Shown one piece after another: positions 8,404-17,176 of a stretch of DNA of 41,564 nt. Under the pieces are notes generated by a model, which made no database searches, was not told the DNA's origin, and saw only the letters and a list, made by a program, of their open reading frames with translations. Numbering within the stretch: the first letter of the stretch is position 1; every line of letters starts with the position of its first letter. The stretch comes from Promethearchaeota archaeon (lineage in GTDB: Archaea; Asgardarchaeota; Lokiarchaeia; Sigyniarchaeales; SOKP01), in assembly GCA_048939015.1 (NCBI GenBank), contig JBHLPW010000047.1, positions 1-41,564 on the forward strand, in the 5' to 3' direction. The position numbers and the translations under genes were made by a program.

Positions 8404-10563
8404 TTATAGATAATATATAGATTTAGGCTTTCCTCCTTTCTTAGATGGAATGATTGTTTTAATCTTTAAATTTTTATTTCTAACATAGTTATCTAATTTC
8501 TTTTTCGCGATGTAATAAGATATATTATATAACTCCATACAGTCATCTATGGTAATCTGATGATGTTCGGTTAAAAAATCTTTAAGTCTTTTATCGAGTT
8601 CTTTTGTTATACCTCGTTTTTTATCACCGATTTCCTTAAAATAAGATTGTAATTCTCTATGATTCCTAAATGTAATAACCTTTACATTTTCAACATTATT
8701 ATAACCAAGATCCAATCCAGATAATTCTAAACAGAATTTATCATTAATACCACGCATCATACGTCCCATTGCTTGACTCATTTCTGTTTGAGCTTTTTCT
8801 TCCCGATATTCATCTGGATTTATACTAAAAAAAGTAGATTCACGATTGATATGACCACTTGGAATATCAGGAGTTCCAAAAAGTATTGTAGAATTAAAGT
8901 TTTCATATTCATTAGTACCAGCTAATGGATATCTTACACATGTTAGGTTATCATTAGTTTTTTTTATGTATTTCCATAAACGAGTATTAGGTTGTTCATC
9001 ACTCGGTTTAGTTCGTACTTTCATATCTCTTGATACAAATAAATGTTGTCCAATTTCTGGAAAAGCATATATATATGCTTCCATATCTTCTTTTAATCTT
9101 TTCAGTGTTGAATATCGTTGTATTGATGCTTTTGGATAATATGCAAATTTCCTGTTAAAGCCACCCTTTCGTTTGTGTGGATATTCCAGTTTATATATTG
9201 TAAGATTATTCGAAACCATATTTTTCTTGTAAATCTGTAATCGATCACCAAATATCTTTTGTAATTTTAATATACTGGCAGTAGCATCATTTATAATAAG
9301 TTTAATGATTTTTTCAGTATCTAACATCTCAACTATACTGTGAAAATCATAATATAACATTCCTATACGATATTGAGGTGTATTATCATCAGGATTTTTG
9401 TTTTTAAATTTAACTCTTAAGATGACTTTTTCCAGCCAGTTATCTATATTTGTAGGATCTGTTTTTTTCATATAAAAATAGTTTCTAATAAATGAAAGGA
9501 TGTGATAAAAATAAAATCGTTTAAATGGGAAACTATTTGGTCTTATATTTTTATTTTCTAATTGTCTATTTCTCTTTTCATTTTTTTCCAGTATCTTCCA
9601 TGCTTGTGTGTTTAGGATATTAATACTCTCACCATCAACATCAAAACAATCTTCCATGCAATCTAATATATCTTTAATCTTCTTGTAATCAAGCTCATTA
9701 ATAATTCCTTCTTTTAACAGGTTTAAAAATTCTAAAAGCATTTCAAAATCAGCTAAATAGAATATAGTTTTTGAGGTCTTTTTCAACTCCAAATCCATTA
9801 TAACTTTTTCTAAAAATGTAATGTTCTTGTTAAGAGTAGAAAGATAAATTTTATTATTTGTTTTAATAGCATTCTCGAAATCTTCATCTATGACTAAAAC
9901 CATCCTGTCTAATCTTGTTAGCCAAATCGGAATGAATTTGTTTATTTGATGAGATACAGTTAAACATAAACTTACATAGGATGGTGGAAATAATTCACGT
10001 ATTTTACAAAAGTAAGGACACATATTATCTCGATGTTCACATTTACGACATAAATAATCAATGGATAATCCTATTTTTTCCGCACACTCTACTAATGGAT
10101 CAATTCTACGCAAACAAGTACGTCCTTTACCTTCAAAAATAAGATAATTTAATGGAACTTGTGCAAACTTCTCTATTTGACGTTCAAATTCTTTTACTCC
10201 TTGTTCATATTGTTGTCCAAGCAATACTATTGCTGTTCGTTCTTTTTCCACCATGAAATCAATTGTATAACGTATGATATTTAATATCCATTGTATAATA
10301 TTCGCTGTTTTCCCTGCTCCAGTAGATAATTTCACGAGATTTATTATTTTATCATTTAAGAAAATGTCTTTATAGATGAAATTCACTTCCATCCATTGTT
10401 TTTTCAGTCTTTCAGGTACATCAAGAGATTTTTGTTCATTTAAAATTTTTTTATGGATTTTATTTATTAAATCATCATTGTAGTGATATGCAACACCATC
10501 ATACAATTCTTCATGTTTCTTTTTATTATTTTTTAAATTTTCAAAAAAAGTTGGTTCAGTCAT
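8404..10563 (-). CDS. SF2 helicase, DinG/XPD-like with Cys cluster and C-terminal wHTH; probable replication protein of the element
   Basis: Walker A STGAGKT, Cys cluster GRTC..C..CRKC..CPYFC, Walker B LVIDED, motif III DAT, motif VI QAMGRMMR. GGGAG RBS. Confidence 0.75.
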   Translation of the reverse strand: MTEPTFFENLKNNKKKHEELYDGVAYHYNDDLINKIHKKILNEQKSLDVPERLKKQWMEVNFIYKDIFLNDKIINLVKLSTGAGKTANIIQWILNIIRYTIDFMVEKERTAIVLLGQQYEQGVKEFERQIEKFAQVPLNYLIFEGKGRTCLRRIDPLVECAEKIGLSIDYLCRKCEHRDNMCPYFCKIRELFPPSYVSLCLTVSHQINKFIPIWLTRLDRMVLVIDEDFENAIKTNNKIYLSTLNKNITFLEKVIMDLELKKTSKTIFYLADFEMLLEFLNLLKEGIINELDYKKIKDILDCMEDCFDVDGESINILNTQAWKILEKNEKRNRQLENKNIRPNSFPFKRFYFYHILSFIRNYFYMKKTDPTNIDNWLEKVILRVKFKNKNPDDNTPQYRIGMLYYDFHSIVEMLDTEKIIKLIINDATASILKLQKIFGDRLQIYKKNMVSNNLTIYKLEYPHKRKGGFNRKFAYYPKASIQRYSTLKRLKEDMEAYIYAFPEIGQHLFVSRDMKVRTKPSDEQPNTRLWKYIKKTNDNLTCVRYPLAGTNEYENFNSTILFGTPDIPSGHINRESTFFSINPDEYREEKAQTEMSQAMGRMMRGINDKFCLELSGLDLGYNNVENVKVITFRNHRELQSYFKEIGDKKRGITKELDKRLKDFLTEHHQITIDDCMELYNISYYIAKKKLDNYVRNKNLKIKTIIPSKKGGKPKSIYYL

Positions 10564-10588
10564 TTTTAACTCCCTTGTTATTAATAAT

Positions 10589-10615
10589 ACCGATGTCGGT
10601 TATTTATAAACTTTT
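10589..10615 (-). promoter_or_regulatory. Helicase promoter (BRE/TATA) with operator-like palindrome
   Basis: Minus strand reads CAAAAGTTTATAAATA, immediately followed by the palindrome ACCGA-N2-TCGGT (10589-10600), then the RBS and ATG. Confidence 0.55.
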
Positions 10616-10716
10616 GTCCTATTCACTGAAATATAAACCTCGTTTAATAAAATAAATTAATTTATAAAATCGGCTAATAAAGTTAGTGTGAGACTAATTA
10701 TACATATAAACTTTTT

Positions 10717-10810
10717 TTATTATCTACTCAGTTTCGAGTAGATACTAACTGATTGTGATCTTAGAATATTATTCTCGTATATGATCTACCCAGTTTTGAG
10801 TAGATATTAA
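10717..10810. other. Two dif/lox-like palindromic sites (arms + 6-bp spacer)
   Basis: TTATTATCTACTC-AGTTTC-GAGTAGATACTAA (10717-10748) and ATATGATCTACCC-AGTTTT-GAGTAGATATTAA (10779-10810). Confidence 0.6.
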
Positions 10811-10876
10811 AAATTTACTAAAAAACCAAAACATTTAAATTCAACCTATAACTATTATGCTTGGTGGTTTTTTCAC

Positions 10877-10941
10877 TTCATTGTTTTCTCTTAGATGTGT
10901 ATTTTCTCCCTTGTTAGTACATGTCTGAGAAAAACAATGAA
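10877..10941 (+). ncRNA. Putative hairpin small RNA with an anti-RBS loop
   Basis: 24-bp stem with one bulge and three G-U pairs that form only on the plus strand. The 16-nt loop contains CUCCCUUGUUA, complementary to the helicase mRNA RBS region. Confidence 0.5.
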
Positions 10942-11352
10942 CTTCTTTAATAAGAATTACTAAAATAAAGTATTTTTAAAATAAATTACTTAATTTACTT
11001 CATTTTTGAATATCCATTTTAATTTACACTCATAAGAGCAAAAATAATGAGCTATACTAATTTTCTAAACTTATAAACCTCGTTTATATAAACCTCGTTT
11101 ATAATCCTAAAAATCGGTTTAAAATCTTTAATCCTGAATTATATATATATTTTCAAAAATAAAAAAATCGTTCCTAAAAAAGCCTGAAAATAGAGGTTTA
11201 TGAAAAATTTAAAAAAATTATTTTATTTTTAGGTAATTTTCAAATATTAAAACCATTAAAAATATGGTGCATTTCTTTATAATAGATTTTTTTAATAGAT
11301 AAAATATAAAAAATAAACCTATATTTTTAATAAATTAAATTGGTTTAAAACC

Positions 11353-12621
11353 TTAGATTTCATCTTTTTTGATACCATGGTATTCTAATCGTGCTTCTGC
11401 TTCGGTTATTTCTCCTTTCTTTATTCTTTTTTCTAAATCATCCCGATAATAAAGATCGTCAAATAAAGATTTCATTTCTTCTCTCATATTATTCATTTCC
11501 TCTTTGTACAAGTCTTTCATAGCTTCTAACTCATCTTTAAGTTCTTTATTTTCTTCTTTTAGTCTTTGGATATCTTCTTTTTCTTCTAACCTATCAATCA
11601 CTATTCTTTCCTTATTAACAACATGACCACATTTATAACAAAAAGCATTTTGTTGGTTGTTTTCAGTTTTACAGACTTCACAAATAATCTTTTTAAAGGT
11701 TTTAGCTTTTGTTTTTTTTGGTTTTTGTCCATTCTGCTCTAACAAAATGTTCCTTATATCAGTATCATCTATATGAAAATAAATGGATGCCATTTGAGAT
11801 TCTTTTGTCCATCCTGCAAATTTTCTTAATTGTGGTTCATTTAGTTTGGTTAATGCAAGCTCAGTCAAGCGACTGTGTCTAAATAAATGAGGATGCAAAT
11901 CCTTATTCCAATCAGGATATCTTTTTTTTAATTTTTCAGTTAGTCTGCTGTAATATGTTGTGATCCATTGGGGATGATAATCAAATATCTTATCTTCTGG
12001 TTTAAAATCATTCTGATTAAAATATTCTCTTAGATATGGCACAGATTCAATTAAAGTAATGTTTCTCGATACTGTCTTTGATTTTCCAATATAGATATCA
12101 AGAAATTCTTCATCTTTTTCAGGAAATTTCACATCTCTAAATAATATATTAACTAACTCATCTCTTCGCAGTGCTCCCTCATAATTCACCATAATCATGG
12201 CTCTTTTTTTCATACCAACATTTTTAAGAATTAAATCTAATTCTTTTCTGGAAATCAAATCAGTTTTATTTAATTCCTTGCTTTTCATACTATAAGTTGG
12301 AAATATTTCAATTAAGTCCTTTCTCTCAAAATAATCAAAATACTTCTTTAATTCAGATAAATAGGTGTTTTTAGTTCTATTGGATAATTTTTTAAATTTC
12401 TCGTTATTTATGAGATCTTTAATATCATCTTTAGTTAAGTTTTTTGGAACAAATTTACCTGTTAAATCATAGAATCTACTGAGAGCATTTAAATTGGTTT
12501 GTTGTGAATGATATGATAACTGTTCTAATTTAAATGTAAAATAATCATCAAAAACAGGGTTTAAAAGAATTAATTCATTCTTTTTATCATTTACATATGA
12601 ACCTTTATTAGCTTGAGTCAT
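11353..12621 (-). CDS. Tyrosine recombinase/integrase with C-terminal Zn ribbon and coiled coil
   Basis: Catalytic residues R (GALRRDE), K (KSKT), HxxR (HLFRH), GW, Y (IYFH). CEVC..CYKC ribbon. TTTAAATG box ~24 nt upstream, suggesting a leaderless mRNA. Confidence 0.92.
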   Translation of the reverse strand: MTQANKGSYVNDKKNELILLNPVFDDYFTFKLEQLSYHSQQTNLNALSRFYDLTGKFVPKNLTKDDIKDLINNEKFKKLSNRTKNTYLSELKKYFDYFERKDLIEIFPTYSMKSKELNKTDLISRKELDLILKNVGMKKRAMIMVNYEGALRRDELVNILFRDVKFPEKDEEFLDIYIGKSKTVSRNITLIESVPYLREYFNQNDFKPEDKIFDYHPQWITTYYSRLTEKLKKRYPDWNKDLHPHLFRHSRLTELALTKLNEPQLRKFAGWTKESQMASIYFHIDDTDIRNILLEQNGQKPKKTKAKTFKKIICEVCKTENNQQNAFCYKCGHVVNKERIVIDRLEEKEDIQRLKEENKELKDELEAMKDLYKEEMNNMREEMKSLFDDLYYRDDLEKRIKKGEITEAEARLEYHGIKKDEI

Positions 12622-12900
12622 AATTAAATAATGAAAATTTTAACATTTAAATTTAACTATAAACTCTTTTCATTATTTATATTATAACTATAAATACAAA
12701 TTTATAATTTTATTTATCAAACGAAATTACGTTATTCTACTTAAAACAAAGAAATTGATCATAAATAAATTGTTTTAAATTACCATTGTTTAGTAAAAAT
12801 GCGAAATTTCCAAAAGTTAAATTATAATTAAATTTACAATTTGTGTTATTAGAAGTAAAATGCTTGATCTTCTATTGAAAATCTGAAAAAATTGTGGTTT

Positions 12901-13785
12901 CTAAGTTAGTCTATGAGCTTCTTCACAGATATCAGCATTTTCAAACCATTTATTGAGTTTACCTAATTCTTGCTGAGGAAATTCATATGAATATTCCCGA
13001 TTAGGATAAATTCCATTTATAACTTCATCCTTATAATCATTTAAAGCATGACGAATGGATTCACCTAAATTACTAAAATATTTAAGAAATTTTGGTTTAA
13101 AATCAGTGAATATTCCCAACATATCATGTATAACTAAAATTTGACCGTCACAATAAGGTCCAGCACCAATTCCTATAGTAGGGATTTCAACACTATTTGT
13201 GATTAATTTAGCTAATTGCCAAGGTATACTTTCTAAAACAATCGAAAAAACTCCTGCTTCTTCTAGATTTTTTGCATCAAGTATTAATTTCTTTGCAGCT
13301 TCTACAGTTTTGCCTTGGACTAAAAAACCTCCAAACTCATAAATTGCTTGTGGAGTTAAGCCAATATGACCCATAACTTGAATATCTGCATTAATCATTG
13401 CTTTAATTGTGGAGCAAATTTCAGTACCTCCTTCAACTTTAACAGCTTCTGCACCCCCTTCTTGGATAAATCTCCCTGCATTTTTAACGGCTTCCACTTT
13501 ATCAACTTTATATGAAAGAAAGGGCATATCCCCTATGATTAATGCATTTGACACACCTCGACTCACTGCTTTTGTATGATGAATCATTTCATCCATAGTA
13601 ACTGAAAGTGTGTTAGTATAACCAAGCATAACCATCGAAAGTGAATCTCCTACTAAGATCAAATCAATCCCACTTTCGTCAACTATTTTTGCAAAGGAAT
13701 AATCATAGGAGGTGATGGTAACTATTTTTTCGCCTTTTTTTTTCTTTTCGATGATATTATTTATAGTGACTTTTTGTAATGACAT
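12901..13785 (-). CDS. panB: 3-methyl-2-oxobutanoate hydroxymethyltransferase
   Basis: [35 protein letters not shown] and DGQILV motifs. Confidence 0.97.
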   Translation of the reverse strand: MSLQKVTINNIIEKKKKGEKIVTITSYDYSFAKIVDESGIDLILVGDSLSMVMLGYTNTLSVTMDEMIHHTKAVSRGVSNALIIGDMPFLSYKVDKVEAVKNAGRFIQEGGAEAVKVEGGTEICSTIKAMINADIQVMGHIGLTPQAIYEFGGFLVQGKTVEAAKKLILDAKNLEEAGVFSIVLESIPWQLAKLITNSVEIPTIGIGAGPYCDGQILVIHDMLGIFTDFKPKFLKYFSNLGESIRHALNDYKDEVINGIYPNREYSYEFPQQELGKLNKWFENADICEEAHRLT

Positions 13786-14021
13786 ATGTTCAAATAACTA
13801 ATCCGTTTTCAAAAATTTTATGGTAGATTGATTGTTATTTTGTGAAAATCTTTCAAATTATTTCTTCTCTATTATGTTTTTTTTAGATTTTGATAAATTA
13901 AAGCTCTCAAAAAATATGTTTGAAATATAACTTTGATTTAAATTCAATTTAATCAAACTTTTTTGATAAGACTTTTTAACAAAAGCTTCATATATTATTC
14001 CTACTAACTAATTAAAAGAGA

Positions 14022-15059
14022 TTGAGACATATGGTAGAACCAAAAGATATAGATTTCTATTCATTGGGTTTTAACTTTATTGAAACAAAAACAATGTTTA
14101 TAGCTACTCATAAAGATGGTAAATGGGATAGTGGTCAATTAGTGCCATTTGGAAATTTTGAAATATCACCAGCATCTTGTGTCTTAAATTATGGTCAAGG
14201 CATCTTTGAAGGAATGAAAGCATTAAGAACAAAAAATGGAGAAATAACATTATTTCGTCCTGAAGAAAATGCGAAGAGATTTAATTTTAGCGCTAAGAGA
14301 ATGCTGATGCCAGAATATGAGACTGATAGATTTATTGATGCTGTGAAAAAAGTAGTAAAAGAAAATGAAGAATACATTCCTCCATATGATAGTGGAGGAG
14401 CTTTATATATTCGCCCAATTTTATTTGGTTATGGACCGATCCTAGGTGTACACTCAGCAAAAGAATTTAAGTTTATGGTTTTTACAGTACCTGTCGGTCC
14501 TTACTTTCCAGAAGGTTTTCAAGGAATCAAATTAGAAATCTCAAAACAATATACTAGAGCAGCTCCAGGTGGGACAGGGTCAGCAAAAACAATATGTAAC
14601 TATGCTGGAACAATGCTACCAGCAAAAGAAGCCAAAGCAAGAGGGTTTGCTCAAATCATATATTTGGATGCCGTTCATATGGAATATATCGAAGAAGTTG
14701 GTGCAGCTAATTTTTTCGCGATGATTAATGGTAAATTAGCAACTCCAAGAAAGAGCGGAACAATATTAGAAGGTATTACAAGAGAATCCATTTTGGAACT
14801 TACTTCAAAACAATTAGGGATAGAAGTTGAGGAAAGAGATATTTCATACAAAGAATTATTTGATTCTTCATGTACTGAAGCATTTTGCAGTGGAACTGCT
14901 GCCGTAATAACACCGATTGCATCAGTAAATTTAGAAGGGAAAGAGAGGATCTTCAATGATGGAGCTCCAGGAGAAATAACTAAAAAAGTATATGAATTAT
15001 TAACAGGTATACAAAGGTTAGATCTTGAAGATCTGTATGGATGGATGATGAAATTTTGA
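14022..15059 (+). CDS. ilvE: Branched-chain amino acid aminotransferase (true start may be ATG 14031)
   Basis: LNYGQGIFEGMKA, LFRP, LYIRP, AKTICNY, EEVGAAN, ILEGITR and GTAAVITP motifs. Confidence 0.95.
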   Translation: MRHMVEPKDIDFYSLGFNFIETKTMFIATHKDGKWDSGQLVPFGNFEISPASCVLNYGQGIFEGMKALRTKNGEITLFRPEENAKRFNFSAKRMLMPEYETDRFIDAVKKVVKENEEYIPPYDSGGALYIRPILFGYGPILGVHSAKEFKFMVFTVPVGPYFPEGFQGIKLEISKQYTRAAPGGTGSAKTICNYAGTMLPAKEAKARGFAQIIYLDAVHMEYIEEVGAANFFAMINGKLATPRKSGTILEGITRESILELTSKQLGIEVEERDISYKELFDSSCTEAFCSGTAAVITPIASVNLEGKERIFNDGAPGEITKKVYELLTGIQRLDLEDLYGWMMKF

Positions 15060-15067
15060 CTTTTTTT

Positions 15068-15571
15068 TTAAATTCTTTCTATGAGAGATAAAAATGCTTG
15101 CTTAACATTTTCTCCAGTTTTAGAGGATATTTTTAAATATCCAATAATATTATTGTATCTTTTTATTATATCTATTATACTATCATCAAAAGCTTTACAC
15201 TCATAAACATCAATAGTGTCAGATTTGTTTCCTAGTATGAAAATAGGTATATTACCATTTTCATTTAATTTTTTTATCCATTCTTCAACACCTGAAAGAG
15301 TATTAAAACGAGATAAGTCAAATAATACAAATGCAGCAATAGAACCATCAACAAAGTCATCTAAAATTTTTTTGAATTGAATTTGCCCCGCAAAATCCCA
15401 CATTACAAAATTATATTCTTGACCATTTATTAAAAGATTTTTTGAGAAAAAGTCGATACCTTTAGTTAACTCATTATTAACGTTGAAGTTATCATGAATT
15501 AATCGATTGAGAAATGAAGTTTTCCCTACACCACCATCTCCAGAAACAATGACTTTTACTGTTTTTCTCAT
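15068..15571 (-). CDS. Small Rab/Ras-like GTPase
   Basis: G1 GDGGVGKT, G3 WDFAGQ, G4 NKSD, G5 SSK. Confidence 0.92.
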   Translation of the reverse strand: MRKTVKVIVSGDGGVGKTSFLNRLIHDNFNVNNELTKGIDFFSKNLLINGQEYNFVMWDFAGQIQFKKILDDFVDGSIAAFVLFDLSRFNTLSGVEEWIKKLNENGNIPIFILGNKSDTIDVYECKAFDDSIIDIIKRYNNIIGYLKISSKTGENVKQAFLSLIERI

Positions 15572-15752
15572 AATAATATAGATTGTTTTGGTTTTAATTT
15601 AAAAAAGTACAATAAAATATGATTTCCGTAATAGTATAACATAAAAAAAATTTTCTATGGTTGGTTTTTTCCTTACTTAAATGTAAAGAGGAATATTTTG
15701 GATCGTTTAAAAGAGAAAAAAAAAGAATATTCCAGGGAGTATACTCTGTTTA

Positions 15753-16154
15753 TCATATTCTGAGAAGTTGTGAACTTCCAGTACATATAAGTTCTCCCTT
15801 TTCATTCCACACTTTTGCCTTACAAAAGAAAATATTTTTCCCACTCTTAAGACATTTAGCTTTTGCTATCAAACGTCCCTCTGTCACTGATTTTAGAAAT
15901 TCAACTTGTAAATCTATTGTCGTGATATACCCATCGGGTAGAATTAAAGACAATGCAGCACATCCACATGTAGAATCGACAAGAGAAGCTAACACCCCCC
16001 CATGGATCATTCCGTTCTGAGTAAGTTCCTCTCTTATTTCAATCTCGAATATAGCTTTTCCATCCGCAATTTCTTGTAGTTCAAAACCTAATGTTGAGTA
16101 ATACGGGATTTTTTCATAGAGAAATTTTATTAAATTGTTCATAGTAAATAACAC
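15753..16154 (-). CDS. PaaI family thioesterase (hotdog fold)
   Basis: QNGMIHGGVLASLVDSTCGCA motif. Confidence 0.9.
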   Translation of the reverse strand: MLFTMNNLIKFLYEKIPYYSTLGFELQEIADGKAIFEIEIREELTQNGMIHGGVLASLVDSTCGCAALSLILPDGYITTIDLQVEFLKSVTEGRLIAKAKCLKSGKNIFFCKAKVWNEKGELICTGSSQLLRI

Positions 16155-16246
16155 TCCACTTTAGAATTTAATAATTTTTATTATATGTAAAAAAGTTGGA
16201 TTTCGACAGACAAAAAAATAAAACCTAAGAAACCCAATTAAGTATT

Positions 16247-17131
16247 GTGCTAAAATTTAGAATAAATAACCTGCTCGATCTCAGATTTGAAGATGGAAAG
16301 ACTAATATTTATGTAAAGAATCAATTATTTAACCATTGTAAGTACATCCTTTTGAATAATGATTTATTTAGAGATACTAATTTAGCTGATATCAATTCGA
16401 TAGATGATGCTGTAGAAACTTTAAGCGACTCTCTTGAATATTTAGGAGAAAATCCGTACAATATCAATCCTAAAACTATTTTTTGGGCTCATTGTTCAAA
16501 TCTTCAAACATGGTATGAAAATAATTATAATACAAATCTGATCCATAGGAATCTAGCATTTCCTTTGCTTAAGAGCCTTAGTATAGCTGGAGACTTGAAA
16601 GCAAAAAGAGTATTCAAAGAGGAGATTGCTAAAAGATTTGAGACCAATAATCTGAATGTGATTCAATACTTACTATATAATAACTATTTAGATTGTTTAA
16701 ATAGTACGGAATTAGAAGTTGTATTAGAACACCTTATTAGTAATGTGACTAGCACTATTATTAGAAAACTTGAAAAATTATTAAAAAATTTGTTTGCTAA
16801 CTATAGAGAAATAAAAGATCTTATCGACATTCTTCTCTTTATTGATTTGAATTATAATCAATATTTAGTTAAACACATTCTTGAACAAATCAATTTAAAA
16901 AAAGATTTTCATTTTACCAAATTGTTGTTATTACATCTGAATTATAAAGAATTTAATGACTATAAAATTCCTTATGGTAAATTTTTAAATTACTTTGAAG
17001 ATATCCTTAATTGGATTTATGAAAAATATCCTGAGGTCGATAGTTTTATTAAAATTATCGATTCAGGGTTTATTAGTGGAGTTTTTTCTTTAGATGAGAA
17101 ACGAGCCTATGGTTATGTCTCATATCCTTGA
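16247..17131 (+). CDS. Hypothetical protein with a Lokiarchaeia-type N-terminal domain
   Basis: FWAHCSNLQTWYENNYNT.L.H.NLAFPLLK.L...GD..A..VFKEEIAKR, a motif I recall from lokiarchaeal LRR-associated proteins. Confidence 0.6.
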   Translation: MLKFRINNLLDLRFEDGKTNIYVKNQLFNHCKYILLNNDLFRDTNLADINSIDDAVETLSDSLEYLGENPYNINPKTIFWAHCSNLQTWYENNYNTNLIHRNLAFPLLKSLSIAGDLKAKRVFKEEIAKRFETNNLNVIQYLLYNNYLDCLNSTELEVVLEHLISNVTSTIIRKLEKLLKNLFANYREIKDLIDILLFIDLNYNQYLVKHILEQINLKKDFHFTKLLLLHLNYKEFNDYKIPYGKFLNYFEDILNWIYEKYPEVDSFIKIIDSGFISGVFSLDEKRAYGYVSYP

Positions 17132-17176
17132 ATAATTTGATATATAAGGAATAATTCAAATCTTTATGCATTAAGC

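Larger units (their letters stand above)
10632..11103. repeat. TATAAACCTCGTTTA motif, three copies
   Basis: Copies start at 10632, 11072 and 11087. The latter two are overlapping TATAAAC-CTC-GTTTATA palindromes. Confidence 0.8.
1..12700 (-). mobile_element. Putative integrated mobile element / provirus (left end probably outside the window; right boundary approximate, between integrase and panB)
   Basis: Tyrosine integrase at the right end, SF2 helicase, RHH regulator and a cluster of orphan membrane proteins, all co-oriented. Long, very AT-rich, repeat-laden intergenic regions. Abrupt switch to housekeeping genes at panB. No att repeat identified. Confidence 0.8.

Noticed and set aside
8404-10563. 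CasDinG / type IV CRISPR component
   Set aside because: No csf/cas genes or array in the window; the integrase and repeat context favour a replication role
12622-12900. tRNA gene or att direct repeat beside the integrase
   Set aside because: No cloverleaf or GC-rich T-arm motif, and no convincing match to the window start
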